From: a virus
Lineage: Duplodnaviria; Caudoviricetes
Reading direction: 5' to 3' (one strand)
Virus record (IMG/VR): IMGVR_UViG_3300027653_000043
Span: 1-29,120 of that record
Length of the DNA: 29,120 nt
In this document: positions 8,570-15,312 of the stretch, in pieces
Position numbering within the stretch: the stretch's first letter is position 1
Layout of the letters: every line of letters starts with the position of its first letter
Notes under the pieces: generated by a model
Told to the model about the DNA's origin: nothing
The model's database searches: none
Seen by the model: only the letters and a program-made list of their open reading frames with translations
Position numbers and translations under genes: made by a program

Positions 8570-8700
8570 CGGTCGCCCTCCTGCCTACGGTAAGCGCTTG
8601 CTGAGCGCCTAGAATCCCATGGGTGTAACTCGGGTGCGGATCGGCCCCTCCCAGCCGCTCCTGGCCGCTCCTGCGCTTCCTGGTGGTGGTGTTTGGTCAC
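8566..8700 (-). CDS. Short low-complexity ORF (44 aa)
   Basis: AAGGAGG RBS, GTGA and ATGA overlaps at both ends; covers a 10-bp periodic DNA element. Confidence 0.5.
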   Translation of the reverse strand: MTKHHHQEAQERPGAAGRGRSAPELHPWDSRRSASAYRRQEGDR

Positions 8701-9197
8701 TTGCCTGCCTCCTTGTGCTCTCTCGTGTCGGCGGCGTACACAGCCAGCGCGTAAGCGGCCCACACGTCGGCCCGGAAGCCGTAGAACCACCCCGGCTCAT
8801 CCTTCGTGCCCTTGCCGTGGTTCGGCTCACCCGGTGCAAAGCGGTCCACCAACGCCTGCCGAATGTTGGCGTCCTTAGCCCTGGGGGAGTGGCAGTGGTG
8901 AAGCTTGACGGGCTGCCGCTTGATGAGGTCCGGGACGGCCCCGAGTGTGCCGCGCAACGCTGAGACGTACCGGCCGATCCACACGCACGTATCGAACACG
9001 TCGGCTCCCACAGCCATGCCGTAGGAGGCCACCATCTCGATCACGGCCCGGTTTGCGTGCAGGTCGGGGTCTGCCCAGATGCGGGCTTCCAGGTCGGTGT
9101 TCTCGGTCTTGCTGAACCTCAGAGGCTGGCGAGTGTGGGTGTCGATGATGACCCATCCGCTCTCAGTGGGTCCGGGGTCAATCGCTAGCAGTCGCAT
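8697..9197 (-). CDS. RuvC-like Holliday junction resolvase
   Basis: LLAIDPG, VIEMV, AKDANIRQAL and DVWAAYALA catalytic-type motifs. Confidence 0.88.
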   Translation of the reverse strand: MRLLAIDPGPTESGWVIIDTHTRQPLRFSKTENTDLEARIWADPDLHANRAVIEMVASYGMAVGADVFDTCVWIGRYVSALRGTLGAVPDLIKRQPVKLHHCHSPRAKDANIRQALVDRFAPGEPNHGKGTKDEPGWFYGFRADVWAAYALAVYAADTREHKEAGK

Positions 9198-9264
9198 CAC
9201 TGTCTCCCTGGTGCTGGCAGCCGTCACAGCCTCGGAATGGGCACAGGTTGCAGTGGTCAGGCAT
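9178..9264 (-). CDS. Cys-rich microprotein (28 aa)
   Basis: GGAGG RBS; MPDHCNLCPFRGCDGCQHQ...; start overlaps upstream stop (ATGCCTGA). Confidence 0.5.
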   Translation of the reverse strand: MPDHCNLCPFRGCDGCQHQGDSDATASD

Positions 9265-9595
9265 CCCGAACCTCCGCGAACGTCGCCCCGTCGAGGATGC
9301 GCTGAAGGTGCTCGGCAATATCCCAGTACTGGGGGTCAGGGTCGGGCCCGGCGGCGTAGTGCTCTTGCAGCAGCCCCACCTGTTCCAGCACGGACCCGTA
9401 AACGTTGGCGGTGCGCAGGGCTCGGGCGTGCTCAGCGGCCAGCTCGGCGTAGTCCTCGGCGAACCTGTGCCGCTCGGTGGTGAGCATGGCCACCTCCTGC
9501 TCCAGGTGCACGGCGATGGTCCGGGCGCGGTCGCGGTCGGCTTCGACGTTGGCAAGGTCCTGGCGGGCCTGGTCGAGCATGTAGGTGTCGGTCAT
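9257..9595 (-). CDS. Hypothetical coiled-coil protein
   Basis: ATGA overlap; RDRARTIAVHLEQE heptads. Confidence 0.75.
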   Translation of the reverse strand: MTDTYMLDQARQDLANVEADRDRARTIAVHLEQEVAMLTTERHRFAEDYAELAAEHARALRTANVYGSVLEQVGLLQEHYAAGPDPDPQYWDIAEHLQRILDGATFAEVRDA

Positions 9596-10035
9596 CGTTC
9601 GTCTCCGTGGTCGTTGGCGGCGAGTGTGCGGGCGTCGGGCTGGTGGTCGCTGGGTCCTGCCTGCTGGTGGCGGGTGCCGGTGGGCCAGGTGCCGGTGGCG
9701 AGGCGCTCGGTGCGGCAGTGGGCGCATGTCCGGGCGGCTTGGAACTCATGGCCGTAGACCTCGCAGCGGGGTTCCTTGCCGGGGCCGACTGTGGGGGTGG
9801 CCTCAGCGGTGAACACTTGCTGTGCCGCGACCCACCAGCGGCCGTGCTGGTTGAGTAGCTCGGGTGTCTTGGTGCGTTCGTCCATGGCGACGACGACAGC
9901 TGCTATCAGCAGGTCGGCATAGGACCTGTTGCCGTGGTGACGTGCGAGGAACGTTTCCAGGCTGTTAGGTCGCCATTCGGGGCGGAGTGCGTGCATGACT
10001 GCTGCGATGCGTTGGGTCTCTTGTTGGTTAGGCAT
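9592..10035 (-). CDS. Hypothetical replication-module protein with C-terminal Zn finger
   Basis: HALRPEW...KTP...GRWW; C....H...CAHC; directly downstream of the initiator region. Confidence 0.75.
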   Translation of the reverse strand: MPNQQETQRIAAVMHALRPEWRPNSLETFLARHHGNRSYADLLIAAVVVAMDERTKTPELLNQHGRWWVAAQQVFTAEATPTVGPGKEPRCEVYGHEFQAARTCAHCRTERLATGTWPTGTRHQQAGPSDHQPDARTLAANDHGDER

Positions 10036-10261
10036 TGGGATCAGGTCCAATCGTCAAACCGTGGCAGTCGCGGGCATTACGTAAGTGACGCTTGACGCTT
10101 GAAGTACCTCTTACGGAAAGAACCTCATACCAAGGTGAGTAATAAGAAGACTTGAGTATGAGTATGGGTATGGGTCTGGTTATGCCATCGCTAGCTACGG
10201 GTTTGCCATTGGCCCTGGCATGACAGCAGCTATGGCTACTGCTATGGCTACTGCTATGCAT
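10028..10261 (-). CDS. Short ORF spanning the putative origin (77 aa)
   Basis: 8-nt overlaps with both neighbours; low complexity (HSSSHSSSHS, PIPILIL). Confidence 0.4.
   Translation of the reverse strand: MHSSSHSSSHSCCHARANGKPVASDGITRPIPILILKSSYYSPWYEVLSVRGTSSVKRHLRNARDCHGLTIGPDPNA
10080..10260. other. Putative replication origin (iterons plus AT-richer tract)
   Basis: Tandem GCTATGGCTACT x2.5 (10229-10258), TGCCAT inverted copies, TGAGTA/TGGGTA hexamer repeats, visibly AT-richer DNA next to the initiator gene. Confidence 0.6.
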
Positions 10262-10688
10262 TTGGCGCCATCTTCTCTCCGGTGCAGTAGGCGCAGTCTT
10301 TCGACTTCTTGCGGGTGGCAACGTGCCACCTCTTGTGCGCTCCAAGCTCGCCACGCTCTGCCCTGGATTGCCGGAAGGCCGTAATCTCGGCCCTAGAGCG
10401 CTGATGGCGCAAGTAGTCGTGAACCATGTATTCGCTTCCGGCGTCGATGAGCAGTCCTGCTGTGACTAACTCTGTGATGCTGCGTGCCTTTCCGAGCCTC
10501 TTGATTGCCGCCTCGGGAATGATGCCGTCCTCTTCCTGCCGTGAGCACCAGCACAGCGCTTCGATGTATAGGCGGAAGGCCGCGTCGGACAGTCCGACGA
10601 TCTTGGGATTCTCGGGCATTGTGTTGTCGAGTCGGATGGATGGTCGGCCATCGAACTGGACCTCATCGCCCTCGACGTCATGAGTCAC
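10254..10688 (-). CDS. Replication initiator N-terminal (winged-helix) protein
   Basis: IRLDNTMPENPKIVGLSDAAFRL...CWCSRQEEDG..VHDYLRHQRS..HKRWH..CAYC, typical of actinophage initiators; AAGGAGG RBS. Confidence 0.8.
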   Translation of the reverse strand: MTHDVEGDEVQFDGRPSIRLDNTMPENPKIVGLSDAAFRLYIEALCWCSRQEEDGIIPEAAIKRLGKARSITELVTAGLLIDAGSEYMVHDYLRHQRSRAEITAFRQSRAERGELGAHKRWHVATRKKSKDCAYCTGEKMAPNA

Positions 10689-11253
10689 CGTTACCTCCTT
10701 CAGCGTCTAGCAGCTCCGTCGCCCGCTTTTGGGCATCCTCGATTCGATTCCGCACGACGCCGATGGTGTAGCGAAAGACGGCGCGAGGCGGGATGTGGGT
10801 CTTGCTCCAGGCGATATAGACAGCTTCGGTGACCATCTCGATGGGCAGCCCAACTCGGCGCCAATAGTTGACTATGCCGTCAAAGTCGGTGGGGAGCTCG
10901 TCCAGCTCGGGGTTGAACTGCTCCCACACCTTCAGGAAGCTTCGGATGTACTCGTCCTGGGCCTCTTGGATCAACAAGGCCTCATCGATGGCTGTCCGCA
11001 TGGCCCTCGCCCAGCGGGTGGCATCTTCGTTCACATCGTCCACAAGCTGGCTATCTGGCACGCTTGCGGCCTTGCCGGCGTTGCAGTCCCGGCAGGCTGC
11101 CACCAGGTTTTCTGGTGCGTCGTCGCCCCCGAGGGCGGTGGGTACGACGTGATCGACCGTGAGGGGCGAGTCTGCTGCGGTGGATCCACAGTAGCGGCAG
11201 GAGTGCCCGTCTCGGCGCAGAACTTCGTAGCGGGTGCGTTTACTGACGGCCAC
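10678..11253 (-). CDS. HNH endonuclease with C-terminal helical domain
   Basis: VLRRDGHSCRYCG..LTVDHVVP..GG....NLVAACRDCNAGK. Confidence 0.92.
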   Translation of the reverse strand: MAVSKRTRYEVLRRDGHSCRYCGSTAADSPLTVDHVVPTALGGDDAPENLVAACRDCNAGKAASVPDSQLVDDVNEDATRWARAMRTAIDEALLIQEAQDEYIRSFLKVWEQFNPELDELPTDFDGIVNYWRRVGLPIEMVTEAVYIAWSKTHIPPRAVFRYTIGVVRNRIEDAQKRATELLDAEGGNGDS

Positions 11254-11502
11254 CTATGCCACCTCCTTGGCGGTGTTGGGGGTGCGGTCGATGAGGTCGC
11301 GGACCTGTTCGAGGTAGTGGGCTGTGGCGTTGTTCTGGTCAGCGAGGGTCATACGGTGCCACCGGTTGCTGGTGTCCAGCTCGGCCATGTGGGTGGCCAC
11401 TCGGGCGGCGGTTTCTGGGGTGACGTACAACAGGCCGGTGGTGTGGTGGTAGAAGACGGGAGTGCCGCTGGCTTTGCGCCAGAGGGAGTACCGGTTGCTC
11501 AC
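11254..11502 (-). CDS. Hypothetical protein
   Basis: AGGAGG RBS, GTG start overlapping upstream stop. Confidence 0.7.
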   Translation of the reverse strand: MSNRYSLWRKASGTPVFYHHTTGLLYVTPETAARVATHMAELDTSNRWHRMTLADQNNATAHYLEQVRDLIDRTPNTAKEVA

Positions 11503-11681
11503 CGCATCCTCCTTTCTGGGTCGTCTGCCCTGATGAGCTGTGAGGGCCGGTACCACTGCCCGCCGACCCGCAGCAGCCGGTGGAACGGTGAGTTCTGCAC
11601 GCCGGTGACGGTGCCGATTTGGCCGGTGGCGCGGATCACCACGGGTGTGCGGTAGCTGATGATGTCGGGATTTCGGGTCAT
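11499..11681 (-). CDS. Small beta-rich (SH3-like) hypothetical protein
   Basis: AAAGGA RBS, ATGA overlap; VVIRATGQIGTVTGV..WYRPSQL. Confidence 0.65.
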   Translation of the reverse strand: MTRNPDIISYRTPVVIRATGQIGTVTGVQNSPFHRLLRVGGQWYRPSQLIRADDPERRMR

Positions 11682-11767
11682 CGCCGGTTCCTTTCGATGA
11701 GGTAGGCGGCCAGGGTGAGGGCGGCGCGGGTGTCGTCGGTGACGGTCGGGCGGTCGGCGGTGCTCAT
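11678..11767 (-). CDS. Microprotein (29 aa) starting with ADRPTVTDD module
   Basis: MSTADRPTVTDDTRAALTLAAYLIERNRR; ATGA overlaps at both ends. Confidence 0.55.
   Translation of the reverse strand: MSTADRPTVTDDTRAALTLAAYLIERNRR
11722..11758. repeat. R2 copy (ADRP.VTDD.RA module)
   Basis: 35/37 identical to the copies at 12702-12739 and 13498-13535. Confidence 0.9.
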
Positions 11768-11808
11768 CGGTCGGTGTCCTTTGCTCGGATGCCGTGGTTG
11801 GCGACGAT
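11764..11808. repeat. R1 copy (IVANHGIRAK.TDR-stop)
   Basis: 43/45 identical to 14107-14151. Confidence 0.95.
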
Positions 11809-12006
11809 CTTGACCCCGGGCAGGTCGGTCCGGGCGATGACGATGACGTCGAGTTCGGTCTCGATGGCGGCGATGAGCTCGGCGCGGTCGACGTTGATGC
11901 AGGCGATGCCATAGGGGGCCGTGGTATCAATCGCGACCACCCCACCCCGCATGCCGCGGATATGGACGGTGCGGTTAGACGTGACGCTGTCGATGCTGGT
12001 GCTCAT
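11764..12006 (-). CDS. Hypothetical protein ending in R1 module
   Basis: AAGGAG RBS, ATGA overlap. Confidence 0.7.
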   Translation of the reverse strand: MSTSIDSVTSNRTVHIRGMRGGVVAIDTTAPYGIACINVDRAELIAAIETELDVIVIARTDLPGVKIVANHGIRAKDTDR

Positions 12007-12287
12007 GATGGGTTCTCCTTGCTTGCGACGTGCAGGACGCGGGCGATGAGTGCGGTGCCGGTGATCCATGCGGCGGTGGGCCATCCGATCTGGCCGGGCG
12101 TGGTGGCGATGACGCCGAGGGTGATGAGGGCGAGTGCGGCGGTGATGGTGATGAGTCGGCCTAGTGCGGTGGCTGCTCGTCGTGCGTCACGGTCAGCTGC
12201 GGTGGTGGGGTGTGTGCAGGTGGGGTCTGGGACGGCGACGTAGCGGGGGTCGGTGTCGCGGATGCAGGTGCAGATGAGGGCGGTCAT
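12003..12287 (-). CDS. Membrane protein (2 TM) with Cys-rich N-terminus
   Basis: CTC...CTH, then two hydrophobic helices; ATGA overlap. Confidence 0.7.
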   Translation of the reverse strand: MTALICTCIRDTDPRYVAVPDPTCTHPTTAADRDARRAATALGRLITITAALALITLGVIATTPGQIGWPTAAWITGTALIARVLHVASKENPS

Positions 12288-12748
12288 GACGTGCCACCCC
12301 GCAGGAGGGCCAGCACCGCGTCGGCCTGGGGTTCGTAGTAGCCAGGAGCCACGTCTGGTTCGGTATCTGCCAGCACCTTGGCGATCTGCTCGCGGGTGGG
12401 GCGGGTGCGGGCCGTAGCGAGCAGGCCAGCGACGTGCTCGACGTAACCCTCGTTGCTCCCGATGTCGTCGTTGTCCCACCCGCAGGAGCAGCCGAAGTAC
12501 ATGCCGCAGTCGGAGTCGTACTCATCGCGGTGCGCGGCGAGGATGGCCTCAAAGGTTCCCGTCTGGGCGTCCTCGGTGGTCGCGGTGGTCGGCTCGGCGC
12601 GGCCAGCGGCTCCCCATACCGCAGAGCACTGATCGAAGTGGCGCATCGTGACGGCCTTGGCCCCACAGTCCATGCAGTCGATCTGGTCGATGCGGCCCGC
12701 CTCGGCGCGGGCGTCGTCGGTGACGGACGGGCGGTCGGCGGCGGTCAC
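12284..12748 (-). CDS. Modular hypothetical protein (R2 and R3 modules, Cys motifs)
   Basis: GTGA overlap; CMDCG, GCSCGW, PTREQIAKVL..QADAVLALL. Confidence 0.8.
   Translation of the reverse strand: MTAADRPSVTDDARAEAGRIDQIDCMDCGAKAVTMRHFDQCSAVWGAAGRAEPTTATTEDAQTGTFEAILAAHRDEYDSDCGMYFGCSCGWDNDDIGSNEGYVEHVAGLLATARTRPTREQIAKVLADTEPDVAPGYYEPQADAVLALLRGGTS
12584..12610. repeat. R3 copy (AAGRAE.TT)
   Basis: 26/27 identical to 13371-13397. Confidence 0.9.
12702..12739. repeat. R2 copy
   Basis: 38/38 identical to 13498-13535. Confidence 0.95.
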
Positions 12749-13095
12749 CGGGCCACCGCCGTCAGGAAGCGGGCAGCCTCATCAAGTGCCGCCGGACGCT
12801 GCGCGGTGAGCCAGTCCGGCGCGGGCGCGCCGTGCATGCCTTCTAAGAATCCGACGCCAGACAGGCCGCCTTGTGGCGCACGGGTCTTGGGGCCGAACAC
12901 TTCGACGTGCTCGAAGGTTCGGTTCCACTGACGTGAGCGCTCGTCCTCGGTGCGCGCCCACTGAGAGCCTCGGCTGATCGTCCAGCGAGCCTTCTCGGGG
13001 CGGAAGTAGCCCGTAGTGCCCCGGAGTTCAGCGGGGCCATGGTCGAGCGTCGTGAGGATCTCGACACTGACATGGTGCGCGACGGCGGTGCTCAT
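12745..13095 (-). CDS. Hypothetical protein
   Basis: AAGGAG RBS, ATGA overlap. Confidence 0.75.
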   Translation of the reverse strand: MSTAVAHHVSVEILTTLDHGPAELRGTTGYFRPEKARWTISRGSQWARTEDERSRQWNRTFEHVEVFGPKTRAPQGGLSGVGFLEGMHGAPAPDWLTAQRPAALDEAARFLTAVAR

Positions 13096-13751
13096 GAGGT
13101 CTCCTTGGTGGTGTCGGTGGCGAGGGCGGCGCGGAGGTCGGCGGCGCACTCGTACAGGTAGGCGGTTGCGGGGCCGTCAGAGGCGGGGCCGCGGCGGTTC
13201 TCGCGCTCCCATTCGGCGGCTAGCGCTTCAACGGCGGCGAGGCGGGCGTGGTACTGGTTGGCTTTCTCCCGCCAGATCTCGGCGCGCTCGTCCTGCTCTT
13301 GGAGCGCCCAGAGGTTGGTGCGGAGGCGCTCGTTCTCACTGATGGCTTCCTGCAGGTCGGCGGCCACCCAGGTGGTCGTCTCGGCGCGGCCAGCGGCCCA
13401 CTGTGCTCCGAGGACGAACCCGGATGCCATGCCCTCATCGAGCCAGTCGCTGGGCAGTCGGTCGGACGTGCGGCGATCCCCCCAGCGGCGCTCGGCTTCG
13501 GCGCGGGCGTCGTCGGTGACGGACGGGCGGTCGGCAGTGTGCTCGTTCAGCCAGTTGGTGAGCGCGTCACGGACGGTGCGGGCCTGCTCGACGGTCAGGT
13601 GGGCCGAACCGGTCTCGGCGAAGATCCAGACGCACGGTTCGGTGGCGAGGCTGGATCCCTGCACCCGTAGGCTAGCGCCGTACCGGTCGGTGAGGTCGGC
13701 GTAGCCGGTGAATCCTCGGGGGGTGACGTAGGCGGGTTCCGGGGTGCTCAT
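13092..13751 (-). CDS. Modular hypothetical protein carrying R2-R5
   Basis: AAGGAGG RBS; N-terminal TPRGF..DRYG...SSLATEPCVWI..HLTVEQ module seen in many phages, followed by repeat-bounded modules. Confidence 0.85.
   Translation of the reverse strand: MSTPEPAYVTPRGFTGYADLTDRYGASLRVQGSSLATEPCVWIFAETGSAHLTVEQARTVRDALTNWLNEHTADRPSVTDDARAEAERRWGDRRTSDRLPSDWLDEGMASGFVLGAQWAAGRAETTTWVAADLQEAISENERLRTNLWALQEQDERAEIWREKANQYHARLAAVEALAAEWERENRRGPASDGPATAYLYECAADLRAALATDTTKETS
13101..13120. repeat. R5 copy (T.TTKE, includes RBS of next gene)
   Basis: 19/20 identical to 13760-13779. Confidence 0.8.
13225..13248. repeat. R4 copy (ARLAAVEA)
   Basis: 23/24 identical to 13890-13913. Confidence 0.85.
13371..13397. 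repeat. R3 copy
   Basis: 26/27 identical to 12584-12610. Confidence 0.9.
13498..13535. repeat. R2 copy
   Basis: 38/38 identical to 12702-12739. Confidence 0.95.
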
Positions 13752-14110
13752 CGGTCGGCCTCCTTGGTGGTGTTGGTGGGGGCCGCCGAGAGAACGGCCT
13801 CGATGTCGGCGACGGCGCTCTTCCACCCGCAGGCGAACGGCCCTTCGTCGGGGTAGAGGTCACAGACGCGGGGATGGTTCGAGAGCGCGGCTTCGACGGC
13901 GGCGAGGCGGGCGGCGGGCGGGGTGTCTGGGTGGTGCAGGACGGTGGCGGGTAGCCCCTCGGCAGCGATCGCGCCCGTCTCCAGCGAGTGCATCCCGGTC
14001 GTGGTCCACCAGCCCGTGACGCGGCGGTGGACGGCAATGCCGTGGTTGTCGCGGATGATCGCGTCTTCGGGCAGCGCGTCCAGTTCGGCGGTTGTGGTGA
14101 TCGTGGTCAT
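13748..14110 (-). CDS. Modular hypothetical protein carrying R4 and R5
   Basis: MTTITTTAELDALPEDAIIRD...LPATVLH module, then ARLAAVEA; ATGA overlap. Confidence 0.8.
   Translation of the reverse strand: MTTITTTAELDALPEDAIIRDNHGIAVHRRVTGWWTTTGMHSLETGAIAAEGLPATVLHHPDTPPAARLAAVEAALSNHPRVCDLYPDEGPFACGWKSAVADIEAVLSAAPTNTTKEADR
13760..13779. repeat. R5 copy
   Basis: 19/20 identical to 13101-13120. Confidence 0.8.
13890..13913. repeat. R4 copy
   Basis: 23/24 identical to 13225-13248. Confidence 0.85.
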
Positions 14111-14151
14111 CGGTCGGTCCCCTTTGCTCGGATGCCGTGGTTGGCGACGAT
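14107..14151. repeat. R1 copy
   Basis: 43/45 identical to 11764-11808. Confidence 0.95.
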
Positions 14152-14256
14152 GAAGCGAGCGGTGTCCCGTGGGCCCATGTCGGGGATGGCGGCTTGTGCG
14201 TCTTCCAGTGCTGCGGCGACGCGGCGGACCTGCTCGGCGGTGGTGTCGGTGCTCAT
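14107..14256 (-). CDS. Small hypothetical protein ending in R1 module (49 aa)
   Basis: AAGGAG RBS; MSTDTTAEQVRRV...IVANHGIRAKGTDR. Confidence 0.7.
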   Translation of the reverse strand: MSTDTTAEQVRRVAAALEDAQAAIPDMGPRDTARFIVANHGIRAKGTDR

Positions 14257-14414
14257 TTGGTCTTCTCCTTGGGTGCGTCGGTGGGTCGGGGTAGTGATGG
14301 CCGGTCGGGGTAGGCCAGGTGCGCGGCGCACAGGCCGCCACGTGTGGGTTTGTGGCGGCACCGGTACGCGGAGAACGCGCTGGTGAGGGACCAACCGGTG
14401 CAGGTGCGGGTCAT
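14253..14414 (-). CDS. Small CCCH-type Zn-finger protein (53 aa)
   Basis: MTRTCTGW...YRCRHKPTRGGLCAAH; ATGA overlaps at both ends. Confidence 0.65.
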   Translation of the reverse strand: MTRTCTGWSLTSAFSAYRCRHKPTRGGLCAAHLAYPDRPSLPRPTDAPKEKTK

Positions 14415-14743
14415 GAGTCGGCGTCCAGGTCGAGTTCGCCTTGTCCGGGGAGCTGGTCGGTGTCTTCGATGGGTGCGTAGGTGATGGTCACGGTGCTGCA
14501 GGCGTGATCGACGTACCGGATCGTGAGGGTGTGGCGGTGGGCCTGGTGCGGCGTGCCCGCCTCGCGCAGTCGTTTGCGGCGGGACTCGTATGCCTCGAGG
14601 GCGGTGCGTGGTCCGGTCTGGGTGTACTCGCTGACGGTGGTTACGGTGGCGGTGTGCTCGTGGGGGCGTTGGGCGGCGGCGCTGATGGCTTCCCAGTCGG
14701 GGCCGCGTCCGCCGGCGGTGGGGTAGATGGTCGGCTCGCTCAT
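14411..14743 (-). CDS. Hypothetical protein
   Basis: MSEPTIYPT...; ends LPGQGELDL (a QxxL.L-like clamp-binding-type tail); ATGA overlap. Confidence 0.7.
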   Translation of the reverse strand: MSEPTIYPTAGGRGPDWEAISAAAQRPHEHTATVTTVSEYTQTGPRTALEAYESRRKRLREAGTPHQAHRHTLTIRYVDHACSTVTITYAPIEDTDQLPGQGELDLDADS

Positions 14744-14844
14744 CCGAATGCCACCCAAACCCCGGTGACGACCACCAGGACCCACAGCAGGGCGCCCATG
14801 GCGCCGGCGGCCAGGCGGAGGAGTTCGCGGATGTCGGGGTTCAT
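14740..14844 (-). CDS. Single-TM microprotein (34 aa)
   Basis: GAAGGAG RBS; MNPDIRELLRLAAGAMGALLWVLVVVTGVWVAFG. Confidence 0.65.
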   Translation of the reverse strand: MNPDIRELLRLAAGAMGALLWVLVVVTGVWVAFG

Positions 14845-14909
14845 CGGTCGCACGCTCCTTCGGGGTGCTCTAGCCAGCAGTCCTGGCAGATGGGGTGGCG
14901 GGGGGTCAT
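14841..14909 (-). CDS. Cys/His microprotein (22 aa)
   Basis: GGGAG RBS; MTPRHPICQDCWLEHPEGACDR; ATGA overlaps at both ends. Confidence 0.55.
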   Translation of the reverse strand: MTPRHPICQDCWLEHPEGACDR

Positions 14910-15115
14910 AGCACTACTCCCGCTGGCACGTCCGGCGAGGACGACGGTCCCCGGCCAATCTCGCCGCACCCGTCGCACACCATGGCGGGGATGACGTGCT
15001 GGTGGAAGTAGTGGTCGTCGTAGCCGGAGCCTTCCCTCTCGTGGCCGCAGCGTTCGCACTGGTAGATCGCGGTGAAGTCGCGGCGGTGCTGTCTGATCTT
15101 GCGCTTGATCCTCAT
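14906..15115 (-). CDS. Zn-ribbon protein (69 aa)
   Basis: RRDFTAIYQCERCG..GYDD.YFH..VIP.MVCDGCG; GGAGG RBS. Confidence 0.8.
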   Translation of the reverse strand: MRIKRKIRQHRRDFTAIYQCERCGHEREGSGYDDHYFHQHVIPAMVCDGCGEIGRGPSSSPDVPAGVVL

Positions 15116-15312
15116 CGCAGTGCCTCCTCGATCAGCCCCTGCGCCCGTGCCAGGACCACCAGCCCGGTGCCGTTCGGTGCCTGGTGCACCTCAGCCTCAG
15201 CGGCTGCTTCCAGGTCCCTGGCGGCCTGCCCGGGGGTTTCGTGCAGGGTGTGCAGGGTTGGGGCCACCCAGCCAACGTCCAGATACCCAGTGGTGTAGTC
15301 GTCGTCAGGCAT
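15112..15312 (-). CDS. Hypothetical protein
   Basis: AGGAGG RBS, 8-nt overlap with recT stop. Confidence 0.65.
   Translation of the reverse strand: MPDDDYTTGYLDVGWVAPTLHTLHETPGQAARDLEAAAEAEVHQAPNGTGLVVLARAQGLIEEALR

Noticed and set aside
11722-14151. CRISPR array or diversity-generating retroelement as explanation for the repeats
   Set aside because: Repeats are of several types, irregularly spaced and in-frame within genes; no cas or reverse transcriptase gene; mismatches are not adenine-specific.
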